From NCBI GenBank assembly GCA_963771465.1, contig CAVYTU010000015.1:160001-224000 (forward strand): a stretch of 64,000 nt of DNA. The letters are read 5' to 3'. The notes below the pieces were generated by a model that saw only the letters and a list, made by a program, of their open reading frames with translations, ran no database searches and was not told the origin of the DNA. Origin of the DNA: an uncultured delta proteobacterium (lineage in GTDB: Bacteria; Desulfobacterota; Binatia; UBA9968). Shown here one piece after another: positions 1 to 9,597 of this stretch. Every line of letters starts with the position of its first letter. Position 1 is the stretch's first letter. Position numbers and translations under genes: made by a program.

Positions 1-2
1 AC

Positions 3-395
3 TACGCGCTGGCCGACAAGCGCAGAACATTGCCGGTGGGGTTGTACGATGAATACGTTACTCATTTTCTTAAACTGGAAGGCCGCTACGACAATTCATC
101 CGGTGGTAATGGCTGCCCAACTCTCAGTCACGATGAACTAGAAATCGTGAAGGGCAAGAAGCGAGCGCAAAATGAAGCGGAACTCTACGAATACAGAATT
201 ATCAAACATTACGATGAAAGTGCTAAAGAAAAATTTCGCACGGTCTTGACCGAATCCGAAAACAGGTCAATCGGACCGACTATGATCGTCAAGGTGTCCG
301 GCGATATTATTCCCAACCACAACGACATCTACACCTCACCGTTTGTTGACTTCATTTCACGAGTTGTAAATGTTGGATTGTACCGTCCGCAATGA
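3..395 (+). CDS. Hypothetical protein, 5'-truncated by the window edge
   Basis: Frame is open from position 3 to TGA at 393-395. More AT-rich than neighbours. C-terminal 'VSGDIIPNHNDIY' may be an alpha/beta-hydrolase-type His motif (tentative). Confidence 0.55.
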   Translation, partial: YALADKRRTLPVGLYDEYVTHFLKLEGRYDNSSGGNGCPTLSHDELEIVKGKKRAQNEAELYEYRIIKHYDESAKEKFRTVLTESENRSIGPTMIVKVSGDIIPNHNDIYTSPFVDFISRVVNVGLYRPQ

Positions 396-459
396 GCCAA
401 CGATGTTCAACTACCCGGGGAAGCGCCTGACCTTCGGTTGGATTTTTCCGAAACTCAAC

Positions 460-1401
460 TCATCCTTCTTGATTCTCCAAAAATCTCTCCGCATCGATCG
501 CCGCCATGCAGCCAGTGCCGGCGGCGGTGATCGCTTGGCGGTAGACATGATCCTGCACGTCGCCACAGGCGAAAACGCCGTGGACGTTGGTCTTAGTGCC
601 GTCGTTTGTGAGGATGTAACCGGTGGGATCGAGATCGAGCTGGCCGACGAACAGTTTTGAATTGGGTTCATGGCCGATGGCGATAAACAGCCCGTCGCAT
701 TTGAAGTCTTCGGTCTTGCCGGTTTTTAACTTTTTGAATTTGACGCCGGTCACCCCACCGGCTTTCGCATCACCGTAGACATCTACGACTGCGGTGTCCC
801 AGACGAAAGAAATTTTCGGATTCTTTTCGGCGCGATCTTGCATGATCTTTGAGGCGCGCAGTTTGTCGCGCCGGTGTACAACCGTCACTTTGCTGGCGAA
901 CTTGGTGAGAAACGTCGCCTCTTCCATCGCCGTATCGCCGCCACCGACCACTACCAATTCTCTATCCTTAAAGAAAAAACCGTCGCACGTGGCGCACGCC
1001 GACACTCCGTGACCCATCAGTTTCATTTCGGATTCCAAACCCAAAAGTTTCGCCGTCGCGCCAGTGGCAACGATCAAACTGTCGCAAGTAAACAACTCTT
1101 TGCTAACCGACACTTTGAATGGACGCTGTTTGAGGTCGACCGCGGTGACTTCACCGAACAGTGTCTCTGTGCCAAAGCGCTCGGCCTGTTTTTTGAATTC
1201 TTCCATCAACTCCGGTCCCATGATGCCTTTGGGAAATCCTGGATAGTTTTCAACATCGGTTGTGATCGTCAGTTGTCCACCGGGCTGCGATCCTTCAATG
1301 ACCAGCGGTTGCAGATTGGCGCGCGCCGCGTAGATCGCCGCAGTGAGTCCGGCGGCGCCGGAGCCGAGAATGATTACGCGGTAGTGACTTTTCTTATCCA
1401 T
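460..1401 (-). CDS. trxB: Thioredoxin-disulfide reductase
   Basis: [13 protein letters not shown] motif, CATCDG active site, [15 protein letters not shown] motif, YRQAITAAG. Confidence 0.97.
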   Translation of the reverse strand: MDKKSHYRVIILGSGAAGLTAAIYAARANLQPLVIEGSQPGGQLTITTDVENYPGFPKGIMGPELMEEFKKQAERFGTETLFGEVTAVDLKQRPFKVSVSKELFTCDSLIVATGATAKLLGLESEMKLMGHGVSACATCDGFFFKDRELVVVGGGDTAMEEATFLTKFASKVTVVHRRDKLRASKIMQDRAEKNPKISFVWDTAVVDVYGDAKAGGVTGVKFKKLKTGKTEDFKCDGLFIAIGHEPNSKLFVGQLDLDPTGYILTNDGTKTNVHGVFACGDVQDHVYRQAITAAGTGCMAAIDAERFLENQEG

Positions 1402-1448
1402 CCGAGTTCTGTAACATAATTTTTTCGAGGGAGAAAGAAAGCAACGCT

Positions 1449-1928
1449 ATGGCACAACTCAGTCACTTGGACGAACAAGGCCGCGCGCGCATGGTCGACG
1501 TGAGCGAGAAAGAAATCACCAGCCGGGTCGCGCTGGCGCGCGGCACCATTCGCATGCGGCCAAAAACGCTCGCACTCATTCTCGGCGAGAAAATCGAAAA
1601 AGGCGATGTCTTTTCCGTCGCCCGTGTCGCCGGCATCATGGCGGCTAAGAAGACGGCCGAGCTAATCCCGATGTGCCACCCGCTGAACATCACGTCGGTC
1701 AAAATCGATCTCTCGCCAAGGCAAAAACCGGCGCGCGTAGAAATCGAAGCGTCGGTGCGCGTCAGCGGCAAAACCGGCGTGGAGATGGAAGCGATGACGG
1801 CAGTCGCAGTCGCGGGCCTGACGATCTACGACATGTGCAAAGCCGTCGACCGCGAGATGATCATCGGTGAAATCCGCCTGGTCGAAAAAAGCGGCGGCAA
1901 GAGCGGAACCTTCATGCGCAAAGAGTGA
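1449..1928 (+). CDS. moaC: Cyclic pyranopterin monophosphate synthase MoaC
   Basis: [30 protein letters not shown] and KSGGKSG motifs. Confidence 0.97.
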   Translation: MAQLSHLDEQGRARMVDVSEKEITSRVALARGTIRMRPKTLALILGEKIEKGDVFSVARVAGIMAAKKTAELIPMCHPLNITSVKIDLSPRQKPARVEIEASVRVSGKTGVEMEAMTAVAVAGLTIYDMCKAVDREMIIGEIRLVEKSGGKSGTFMRKE

Positions 1929-1993
1929 TGCAGTGTTGGAATAGTGGAAACTCTGAAACCCAGCACTCCATGACCCCATCACTCCACTACTCT
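1922..1993. repeat. Octamer tandem/inverted repeat element
   Basis: GAGTGATG CAGTGTTG GAATAGTG, then CAGCACTC CATGACCC CATCACTC CACTACTC (reverse-complement units). Confidence 0.75.
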
Positions 1994-2035
1994 AAACTGA
2001 TTTACCGCGCCCTACGTCCAGAAAATTGAACTCGC

Positions 2036-3211
2036 ATGCTGCAACTATTCCTCAAGAAAGGCCGCGAACGGCCAATCATCAATGGTCACCCGTGGATTTT
2101 CTCCGGCGCGATCGAGCGCGTCGACGGCGATGAGCAAGAAGTCGGCGTCGCTGATGTTCTCGATAACAAAAAGAACTGGCTCGCGCGCGGGCTTTACAAT
2201 CCAAAGTCCCAACTCCGCGTGAGGCTGCTCACCTGGCATCAAGAAACCATCGATCAAAGTTTTTTTTCGCGCCGCCTATCACGGGCGGTCGCCTTTCGCG
2301 CCGAGCTGTTAACCGGCCCAACCAATTCTTACCGCCTTTGCAACGGCGAAGGCGACTTTTTGCCGGGGCTGATCGTCGACCGCTATGCCGACTATTATGT
2401 CTGTCAATTTTTTACCGCCGGCATGGAACTTTTCAAAGATGATATCATCGCCGCGCTTTCAGCGCTCATCGCGCCCCAGGGAATCTTCGAGCGCAGCGAA
2501 GGCCGCGTGCGTGAAGAGGAAGGGAGTGAAGCATCGGTCGGCACATTAACGGGCGAACCGCCGCCGGAGCTTATTTCGATTGAGGAGAACGGCCACAAAT
2601 TTTTGGTCGACGTAAGACGCGGACAAAAAACCGGCTTCTTTTTAGACCAGCGCGACAGCCGCGCTTTTCTCGCTACGCTCGTACGCGAACGAACGGTTTT
2701 GAACTGTTTCGCTTACACCGGCGGCTTTTCAGTCTACGCTTTTGCCGGCGGGGCTAGGGAAGTCGTCACATTTGACTCTTCGCATCCAGCCCTCGAGCTG
2801 GCCGAAAAAAACCTGGCGCTCAATGGCTTCGAAGATAAACCCGGCGAACTCATCAAGGGCGATGCCTTTGCCTATTTAAAAGAAATCGAGCAAAAATTTG
2901 ACGTGATCGTCTTGGACCCGCCATCGTTAGCGCCCAAACGCGGCGACATCGACGCCGCCACCGGCGGTTATAAGTTTTTAAACCTGCACGCGCTCAAGCA
3001 TCTCAACCCTGGCGGCATACTGCTGACGTTTTCCTGCTCGCAGCATTTGCCCGCCGAGCTATTTCAGAAAGTCGTCTTCGGCGCCGCCGTCGATGCCGGA
3101 AGAAAAGTCGCCATCGTCAGGCGGCTGGGCCACTCGATTGATCACCCCGTGAGCCTGCATCATCCCGAAGGCGAGTATCTTAAAGGACTCGCCTTGCGTG
3201 CATTGGACTAA
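2036..3211 (+). CDS. rlmI: Class I SAM-dependent rRNA methyltransferase, RlmI-like (PUA domain plus MTase)
   Basis: GHPWIFS, EGDFLPGLIVDRY, GQKTGFFLDQRD, LNCFAYTGGF, VLDPP, FSCS, PEGEYLKG. Confidence 0.88.
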   Translation: MLQLFLKKGRERPIINGHPWIFSGAIERVDGDEQEVGVADVLDNKKNWLARGLYNPKSQLRVRLLTWHQETIDQSFFSRRLSRAVAFRAELLTGPTNSYRLCNGEGDFLPGLIVDRYADYYVCQFFTAGMELFKDDIIAALSALIAPQGIFERSEGRVREEEGSEASVGTLTGEPPPELISIEENGHKFLVDVRRGQKTGFFLDQRDSRAFLATLVRERTVLNCFAYTGGFSVYAFAGGAREVVTFDSSHPALELAEKNLALNGFEDKPGELIKGDAFAYLKEIEQKFDVIVLDPPSLAPKRGDIDAATGGYKFLNLHALKHLNPGGILLTFSCSQHLPAELFQKVVFGAAVDAGRKVAIVRRLGHSIDHPVSLHHPEGEYLKGLALRALD

Positions 3212-3289
3212 CTTACCTCTGCTGTGGTAGACGGTTCACTCGCAACCGGAATCCGCTGTACCGTCGTCAACGCGCCGCGCGAGGTGTCC

Positions 3290-3979
3290 ATGACTTACCA
3301 GACCATCAAGGATTGGCCCCAAGAAGATCGTCCAAGGGAAAAGCTTTTAGCCAATGGCGCGCACTCGCTCAGCGAAACCGAACTGCTCGCGATCATCCTT
3401 CGTAACGGCAACGCCAGCACCGGCGAGAGCGCCATCGATCACGCGCGCTTGCTGTTAAATCAATTTGGCGGCCTCAAAGGCATCGACGATGCTTCGACGA
3501 GCGAAATCTGTCTGGTTAAAGGCATCGGCCCGGCAAAGGTCGCCCAGCTCAAAGCTTGCTTAGAAATCGGCAAGAGAGTCGGCAGCCAAAAGTGGGAAAC
3601 CGGCCAGCCGCTTCACTCCGCCGAGGATGTCTACCAGCACTTTCGCGAGAGTCTTGGGCGGGAAAAGCGCGAATTTTTCTACGTCGTCTTACTGAATAAC
3701 AAAAATCGCAAAATACGGGAAGTCAAAGTCTCCGAGGGATCGCTCACAGCGTCGCTCGTGCACCCGCGCGAAGTCTACAATCCGGTGATCCGCGAGTCCG
3801 CTGCCGGCGTGATCTTCGTCCACAACCATCCGAGCGGCGATCCGGCGCCGAGCCCCGAGGACATCGACATCACCAAGCGGTTAAAAGAAGTCGGCGATGT
3901 CATGGGCGTGCGCGTACTCGACCACGTCGTCATCGGTCACGACCGTTACTTCAGCTTCAACGATCGCGGCATGCTTTGA
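3290..3979 (+). CDS. radC: RadC-family protein (HhH plus JAB/MPN domain)
   Basis: RPREKL, KGIGPAK and HNHPSGDPAPSPED JAB motif. ATG at 3290 follows a GAGGTG RBS. Confidence 0.93.
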   Translation: MTYQTIKDWPQEDRPREKLLANGAHSLSETELLAIILRNGNASTGESAIDHARLLLNQFGGLKGIDDASTSEICLVKGIGPAKVAQLKACLEIGKRVGSQKWETGQPLHSAEDVYQHFRESLGREKREFFYVVLLNNKNRKIREVKVSEGSLTASLVHPREVYNPVIRESAAGVIFVHNHPSGDPAPSPEDIDITKRLKEVGDVMGVRVLDHVVIGHDRYFSFNDRGML

Positions 3980-4067
3980 TGACCCGCCGACAGCCGCGCT
4001 CGCGACCATTCAACTGGCATTGAGAATTCGCATCGTTTGCTGATTTCGAACTTTCCGCTCACTTTTG

Positions 4068-4096
4068 TTGACATCGCTAGCAGCCGCGTTTATCTT
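4068..4096 (+). promoter_or_regulatory. Sigma-70-type promoter for the M23 peptidase gene
   Basis: TTGACA-17 bp-TATCTT. Confidence 0.6.
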
Positions 4097-4140
4097 CAGG
4101 AACAGAATCACTTGCAGTCGTTCTCCTTTCTAATCAAAAC

Positions 4141-5571
4141 ATGAGCGCTCTCGAATTCGGCAGACCCAGACGGCGATTCGTCCCCGGCATCGGTATCGTC
4201 GTCGCGATTCTTTTGATCGGCGCGGGCGCCGGCGCGTACTACCTCGTGCCGCGCTTCGAATGGCATAAGCCCGAGATCAAGATCACGCCGGATGTCGACG
4301 CCGTCGGTCTCGCGCCGTTGGAAGTCTCCGTTACAGACCAAGGCAGCGGGCTCAAATCCTTCAGCGTCGTGCTCAATGCCGGCGGCACCGATTATCCCCT
4401 CGCCAACGAACAATACGATCAGCCGACGATGCAGAAGAAATTTACCGTGGCGCTGTCTGCGAAACTGACCGGGCTCAAGGAAGGGCCGGCAGTGCTGCGC
4501 GTAAGCGCCAAGGATCGATCTCTGTGGAGTTTTTTCCGCGGCAACGAAACGGTCGTGCAAAAAAACGTCACCATCGACATCACGCCGCCAAGCCTGGAAC
4601 TCATCGCCGATGACCGCTATGTTAATTTCGGCGGGGTCGGCTTGATTGTCTATAAGCCGTCCGCCGATACGGTTACGACCGGCATTAAGATCGGCAAATA
4701 CTTTTTTCCCGGTTACAAAGGTCAGGTCAAGGAACACGCCGACTACTACCTCGCCTTCTTCGCCCACCCGTACGACACCGGAGAAGGCGACAAAGCAACG
4801 CTCATCGCCACGGACAAGGCCGGCAACACGCGCGAGATGAAGCTTTCCTACGAGCTTAAAAACGTCAAGTACAAAAAAAGCACGATTAAATTGTCCGACG
4901 AGTTTCTTCAGAACAAAGTCATCCCGCTCTTAAACGACGTCGGCGCGCGGCAAGGCAGTCCCAAAGATATTTTCATCAAAGTCAATAAAGCTCTCCGCAA
5001 AGAGAACGAGGAGAAAATCAAAGCGATCACCGAGAAATCGACGTCGACGATGCTCTGGCAGGGCGCTTTCAGTCAGCTGAGCAACTCCAAAGTCGAGGCC
5101 AATTTTGCCGACGCGAGAACCTACGTCTACAAAGACGAAGCCATCGATAACGCCTACCACCTGGGTTATGACCTCTCGGTCACCAAACACTATCCCGCCG
5201 AGGCGGCCAATAGCGGCGTCGTCGCATTTGTCGGCGATCTGGGAATCTATGGTAACACGGTGATCATCGATCACGGTCTCGGTCTTTTCACGCTCTATTC
5301 GCATCTAAGCGCCGTCGACGTAAAAGTTGGCGATAAAATCAAACAGCAGCAAGCGATCGGCAAGACCGGTGAAACCGGCCTCGCCGTCGGCGACCATCTC
5401 CACTACGGCGTATATTTACACGGCCTGGCAATCTTGCCAGTGGAGTGGTGGGACGAAAAATGGATCAGAGACAACGTCGAGCCCAAACTCATGGGCAAAT
5501 CCAGCGAAGCCGTGCAGGAAGAAAAAGGCCACAAGCCCGCGCGCAAAGTTGCCCGCAAGCAAAAGCGCTAA
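4141..5571 (+). CDS. M23-family metallopeptidase with N-terminal membrane anchor
   Basis: N-terminal TM segment; HLGYDL, YGNTVIIDHG, YSHL and HLHY motifs. Confidence 0.92.
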   Translation: MSALEFGRPRRRFVPGIGIVVAILLIGAGAGAYYLVPRFEWHKPEIKITPDVDAVGLAPLEVSVTDQGSGLKSFSVVLNAGGTDYPLANEQYDQPTMQKKFTVALSAKLTGLKEGPAVLRVSAKDRSLWSFFRGNETVVQKNVTIDITPPSLELIADDRYVNFGGVGLIVYKPSADTVTTGIKIGKYFFPGYKGQVKEHADYYLAFFAHPYDTGEGDKATLIATDKAGNTREMKLSYELKNVKYKKSTIKLSDEFLQNKVIPLLNDVGARQGSPKDIFIKVNKALRKENEEKIKAITEKSTSTMLWQGAFSQLSNSKVEANFADARTYVYKDEAIDNAYHLGYDLSVTKHYPAEAANSGVVAFVGDLGIYGNTVIIDHGLGLFTLYSHLSAVDVKVGDKIKQQQAIGKTGETGLAVGDHLHYGVYLHGLAILPVEWWDEKWIRDNVEPKLMGKSSEAVQEEKGHKPARKVARKQKR

Positions 5572-5641
5572 GCAAATTCGAGTAATCGCCTTCAGTTCGC
5601 CGACCGCTGCTTGAGTTCAGCAGTTCTGTTGGTGCTCGCCG

Positions 5642-7048
5642 ATGCCGCGCCGAAAATCAGAAAAAACCGTCGCGCAGAAAATCAGCGATTTCATCGGCCG
5701 TAACACGCTCAAAAATATTCCGGGCGAAGTGCGTGACATCGCCAAGCTTCATCTACTCGACGGTTTGGCAACTATGCTCGGTGGCGCGAAAGAACCATCG
5801 AGCCGCATTTTATACCGGCACTATTCACGCCTACGGAGCAAAGCGGAGGCCACGGTGGTTGGCACCAACGTTCGGGTCGCCACCGAACACGCGGCGCTGG
5901 TAAACGGCGTGCAGGCCCACGTTTTAGACTATGACGACGCGCAGCTGACGACGCTGGCGTCCCGTCCGCTAGGCCAACAGACTCATCCAACATCTCCGGT
6001 GCTCGCCGCGGTGCTCGCTTTAGCACAAAGCCGGCGCGCCACCGGCGCGGAGCTGCTCGCTTCGTACATTGTCGGCGTCGAAGTCGCGTGCCGCTTGGGC
6101 GACGCTATCGATCCGAGCCACTATCTCGACGGCTTTCATCCGACCGGCACACTCGGCACATTCGGCGCTGCCGCCGCTTGCGCTCACTTGTCGCGACTCA
6201 CGCCAACGTCGATCCGTCATGCCTTGGGAATCGCTGGCACGATAACCGCAGGTCTCCGCGCCAACCGCGGCACCATGGCCAAAGGGTTAAACGCCGGGCG
6301 CGCCGCCGAGAGTGGGGTGATTGCCGCAACTCTCGCCGCTGAAGGTTTTTCCGCCTCGGAAAATATTTTCGATGACCCGATGGGATTCTTTGCCGCCGCG
6401 TGTAAGAACAAGGTCGACAGAAACCTATTACGTTTTGGCAAACCATTTTTCTTTGCCAACCCAGGCGTCGGCATAAAACTTTATGCTTGCGCCGGTGTGC
6501 TTCATCCCGCGCTGGATGTCGCGCTCGATCTTCGCCAGTCTTATGCCATCGCGGTAGAGCAAATCGACCGCGTCAAAGTCGCGCTCGATGCCAACGCCGC
6601 TTTGCCGCTGGTTTATGATCGGCCCAAGGACGCGCTGCAAGCCAAATTTAGTGTTCACTTCGCGGTGGCAGCGGCGCTAATCGACGGCGCGGCTGGATTG
6701 AAACAGTTTTCCACCGAGCGCATGGGCAATCCGAAGATTCGCAACTTGATGAAACGGGTGGAATTCATCCGCCGGCCACCACGAAGAGGCGCCGACAATG
6801 CGGGCATCGATACGAACGTGGAGATTGCTATGAAAGACGGCGCGGTTCATCGCGGCCATGCTGAAATCGCCCGCGGCCATCCGGCGCTGCCGCCTTCGCA
6901 CGCCGAGATCGCCGATAAATTTCGCGAGTGTGCCAGCGGTGTCTTAGCAGCGAAACAGATAGGGAGATTCTTGCAGCAATTTGACAGCCTCGAACGCGCC
7001 GCGTCGATAGCAACTTGGCTCCAAGCGCTTTGTCCCGCGCGGCGTTGA
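5642..7048 (+). CDS. MmgE/PrpD-family protein
   Basis: NGVQAHVLDYDD, HPTSPV, GFHPTG, GIKLYAC..HP, AKFS. Confidence 0.92.
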   Translation: MPRRKSEKTVAQKISDFIGRNTLKNIPGEVRDIAKLHLLDGLATMLGGAKEPSSRILYRHYSRLRSKAEATVVGTNVRVATEHAALVNGVQAHVLDYDDAQLTTLASRPLGQQTHPTSPVLAAVLALAQSRRATGAELLASYIVGVEVACRLGDAIDPSHYLDGFHPTGTLGTFGAAAACAHLSRLTPTSIRHALGIAGTITAGLRANRGTMAKGLNAGRAAESGVIAATLAAEGFSASENIFDDPMGFFAAACKNKVDRNLLRFGKPFFFANPGVGIKLYACAGVLHPALDVALDLRQSYAIAVEQIDRVKVALDANAALPLVYDRPKDALQAKFSVHFAVAAALIDGAAGLKQFSTERMGNPKIRNLMKRVEFIRRPPRRGADNAGIDTNVEIAMKDGAVHRGHAEIARGHPALPPSHAEIADKFRECASGVLAAKQIGRFLQQFDSLERAASIATWLQALCPARR

Positions 7049-7103
7049 CTTTGCCAGTGCCGAGCAGGATAACTGGGACAACTTTGAGCGCGGAGGAAAT
7101 CCG

Positions 7104-7808
7104 ATGACCCGTATCGTCGATCTCAGCATGACCGTGGAAGAATGCGACTCCGCACCGTTTGCGCCCGACGAAAAATATTTCAAGTTAAAACCTATCATCA
7201 CGTGGGAAGACAAAGGCTTTGTCTCTAATACCGTGCAGATGACCGTCCACGTCGGCACGCATATCGACTCGCCACATCATTTTTTCCGCGACAAACCCTC
7301 CATCGAACAGTTGCCGCTCGAAGCGATGATCGGTAAAGCTGTCGTTTTGGATTTGACTGCCAAAGGAAAAGCACGTGCCATTATCACACCGGATGACTTG
7401 AGCGCCGCCGAGCAAAAGCTCAACGCCGAGGGCATAGAGATCGCGGCAGGCGGCATACTGTTTTTGCGAACCGACTGGCCCAAAGGTCATGACACCAGCG
7501 ATCCCAAATGGTGGAACGACTCGCCCTATCTCACCAAGGAAGCCGCCCAGTGGGTGGTCGGCAAGAAGCCATCGGTCGTCGGCTTCGACTTCGCCCAGGA
7601 AGAAAAAGGCGCGGACTATCAGCAAGCGGATCAAATTCTCGATAGCGCCATGCGCGTGCACCGAACGATCCTGCCGCGCGTGACTTTTCAGATCGAGAAT
7701 CTGATCAACCTCGACCAGATCGGTTCCAGCGCGCAAGTCGTCGCTCTACCCGTCAAATGGAAGACGGAATCGGCGCCGGCGCGGGTGATCGCGATCCTCG
7801 ATAATTAG
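7104..7808 (+). CDS. Cyclase-family metal-dependent hydrolase (kynurenine formamidase-like)
   Basis: HVGTHIDSPHH motif, IENLINLD, SAPARVIA. Confidence 0.9.
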   Translation: MTRIVDLSMTVEECDSAPFAPDEKYFKLKPIITWEDKGFVSNTVQMTVHVGTHIDSPHHFFRDKPSIEQLPLEAMIGKAVVLDLTAKGKARAIITPDDLSAAEQKLNAEGIEIAAGGILFLRTDWPKGHDTSDPKWWNDSPYLTKEAAQWVVGKKPSVVGFDFAQEEKGADYQQADQILDSAMRVHRTILPRVTFQIENLINLDQIGSSAQVVALPVKWKTESAPARVIAILDN

Positions 7809-7814
7809 CACGAG

Positions 7815-8807
7815 ATGAAGGCAGTCCGCGTCCATGAGCTTGGCCCGGCGGACCTGCTCCGCTACGAAGAGACTGACGATCCACGACCGAAATCCGATGA
7901 AGTCTTGGTCAAGATCGCAGCCACCGGGGTAAACTTTCTCGACATCTACTATCGCTCCGGTTTTCACTGGGGCGGCCATCACAGCCGCGCGCTGCCCTAT
8001 ATTCCCGGCGCCGAAGCAGCGGGCACGGTGGTCGAGGTCGGCGCCGAAGTCAATGCTGTCAAAGTCGGCGACCGTGTCGCTTATGGGATTTCCAACGGCT
8101 ATGGCTCCTATGCCGAATTCTATGCCGTGCCAAGCTGGCATTTAATCAAACTGCCGAACACCATCGACATGCAAACCGCCGCCGCAGTCATGCTGCAAGG
8201 CATGACCGCGCATTATCTCACGCACAGCACCTATGCGGTGCAGTCCCATGATACGGTACTTATCCACGCCGCAGCCGGCGGCACAGGTTTGTTGCTCGTG
8301 CAGATCGCCAAGATGCGCGGCGCGCGGGTGATCGGTACCGTGTCGACTGCAGAAAAAGCCCGGCTCGCGCGTGACGCCGGCGCCGATGACACGATCAATT
8401 ACAGCGAAAAAGATTTCGCCGCCGAAGTGAGGAAACTCACCGACGGCAAAGGTGTCAACGTCGTCTACGATTCGGTCGGCAAGGATACCTACGAGAAAAG
8501 CCTCGACTCGCTGGCGCCGCTGGGCGCGCTGGTTATCTTCGGCCAAGCGAGCGGACCGGTGCCGCCGTTTGACACCGCGGTGCTAAACGCCAAGGGATCG
8601 CTGTCGCTCGCCCGTCCAAGCTTGACGCACAACGTCGCGAGCCACGACGATGTGCGTTGGCGCGCTGGCGATTTATTCCAGTGGATCGAAGCGGGCAAAC
8701 TTAAAGCACAAATCGGCAAGACATTTTCTCTCGCCGCCGCGGCCGACGCCCATCGCGAGTTGGAATCGCGCCGCTCGCTTGGCAAGATACTGCTCCTTCC
8801 CGAATAG
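7815..8807 (+). CDS. NADPH:quinone oxidoreductase (zeta-crystallin/MDR family)
   Basis: GVNFLDIY, LQGMTAHYL, HAAAGGTG, YDSVGK, GQASGP. Confidence 0.92.
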   Translation: MKAVRVHELGPADLLRYEETDDPRPKSDEVLVKIAATGVNFLDIYYRSGFHWGGHHSRALPYIPGAEAAGTVVEVGAEVNAVKVGDRVAYGISNGYGSYAEFYAVPSWHLIKLPNTIDMQTAAAVMLQGMTAHYLTHSTYAVQSHDTVLIHAAAGGTGLLLVQIAKMRGARVIGTVSTAEKARLARDAGADDTINYSEKDFAAEVRKLTDGKGVNVVYDSVGKDTYEKSLDSLAPLGALVIFGQASGPVPPFDTAVLNAKGSLSLARPSLTHNVASHDDVRWRAGDLFQWIEAGKLKAQIGKTFSLAAAADAHRELESRRSLGKILLLPE

Positions 8808-8811
8808 AAAA

Positions 8812-9531
8812 ATGTACGGCTGGCGCGCTAAAATCGGACGCATCTCGCCTTCTCCCGAAACCGTCGGCTGCGAAGAGTGGCGTCGCGCTTTGCCCGAAGG
8901 CGTCTGTCTGGTTGAAACGCGCACGTTACTCCACGACGTTACCGTCGAAGGACTCGCCGAAACCGTCAAGCAAGTCGAGCGCGCCGCGTTAGAGCTCGCC
9001 TCCGCCGAAGTCGATGTGATTCTCCAAGCCGGCACCGCCATCGCGTTCTTTCGTGGATTTGGTCATGATCGAGAGTTAAGCGCGCGCATCAGCGCAACCA
9101 CGGGAATCAAAGCGACCACGTCGCTCACTGCCGTGGTCGACGCGCTGCGCACGCTCGGCATTACCCGACCAGCCGTCGCGACCTCTTATCTAGCCGAGAT
9201 CGACGCACGGCTGGTCGAGGTGCTACAGCAATCGAAGTTCAAAGTCGCCGCGATCCGCGGCATGGGACTAAAGAAAAGCATCGACATGGGTAAAGTGCTG
9301 CCAGACGCAACTTACGCGCTAGCAAAGGCAGTGGCGCAAAGCGCGCCGGATGCCGACGGCATCCTCATCTCCTGTGGCAATTTGCGCAGCTTCGAAGCGA
9401 TCGAAGCGCTGGAAAAAGACACCGGCTTACCCGTGGTCACCAGCAATCAAGCGGGACTTTGGCAAGCTCTCAGAATGGTCGGGATTCACGACCCGCTGCC
9501 CAATCTAGGACGACTCCTAAGAGAGCATTGA
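8812..9531 (+). CDS. Asp/Glu racemase-superfamily protein, arylmalonate decarboxylase/maleate isomerase-like
   Basis: ATG 8812 (MYGWRAKIG); AGTAIAFFRG, DADGILISCGNL, PVVTSNQA, LGRLL. Confidence 0.88.
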   Translation: MYGWRAKIGRISPSPETVGCEEWRRALPEGVCLVETRTLLHDVTVEGLAETVKQVERAALELASAEVDVILQAGTAIAFFRGFGHDRELSARISATTGIKATTSLTAVVDALRTLGITRPAVATSYLAEIDARLVEVLQQSKFKVAAIRGMGLKKSIDMGKVLPDATYALAKAVAQSAPDADGILISCGNLRSFEAIEALEKDTGLPVVTSNQAGLWQALRMVGIHDPLPNLGRLLREH

Positions 9532-9597
9532 TCCGAGTTGTTTTTCTTTCTTCCCTTGGCGTCTTTGCGGGAGACAATTCTTATCCCAACCTTACAG

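Noticed and set aside
3290-3979. radC as a marker of a mobile element
   Set aside because: Full-length HhH plus JAB form among housekeeping genes, with no integrase or conjugation genes nearby.
4108-4767. Long antisense ORFs (e.g. 4108-4767, 47829-48590, 54743-55438)
   Set aside because: Shadow ORFs opposite well-supported genes, as expected in GC-rich DNA.
9555-9574. CTTGGCGTCTTTGCGGGAGA REP-like half-site
   Set aside because: Only one arm is visible in the window; insufficient support as an element.
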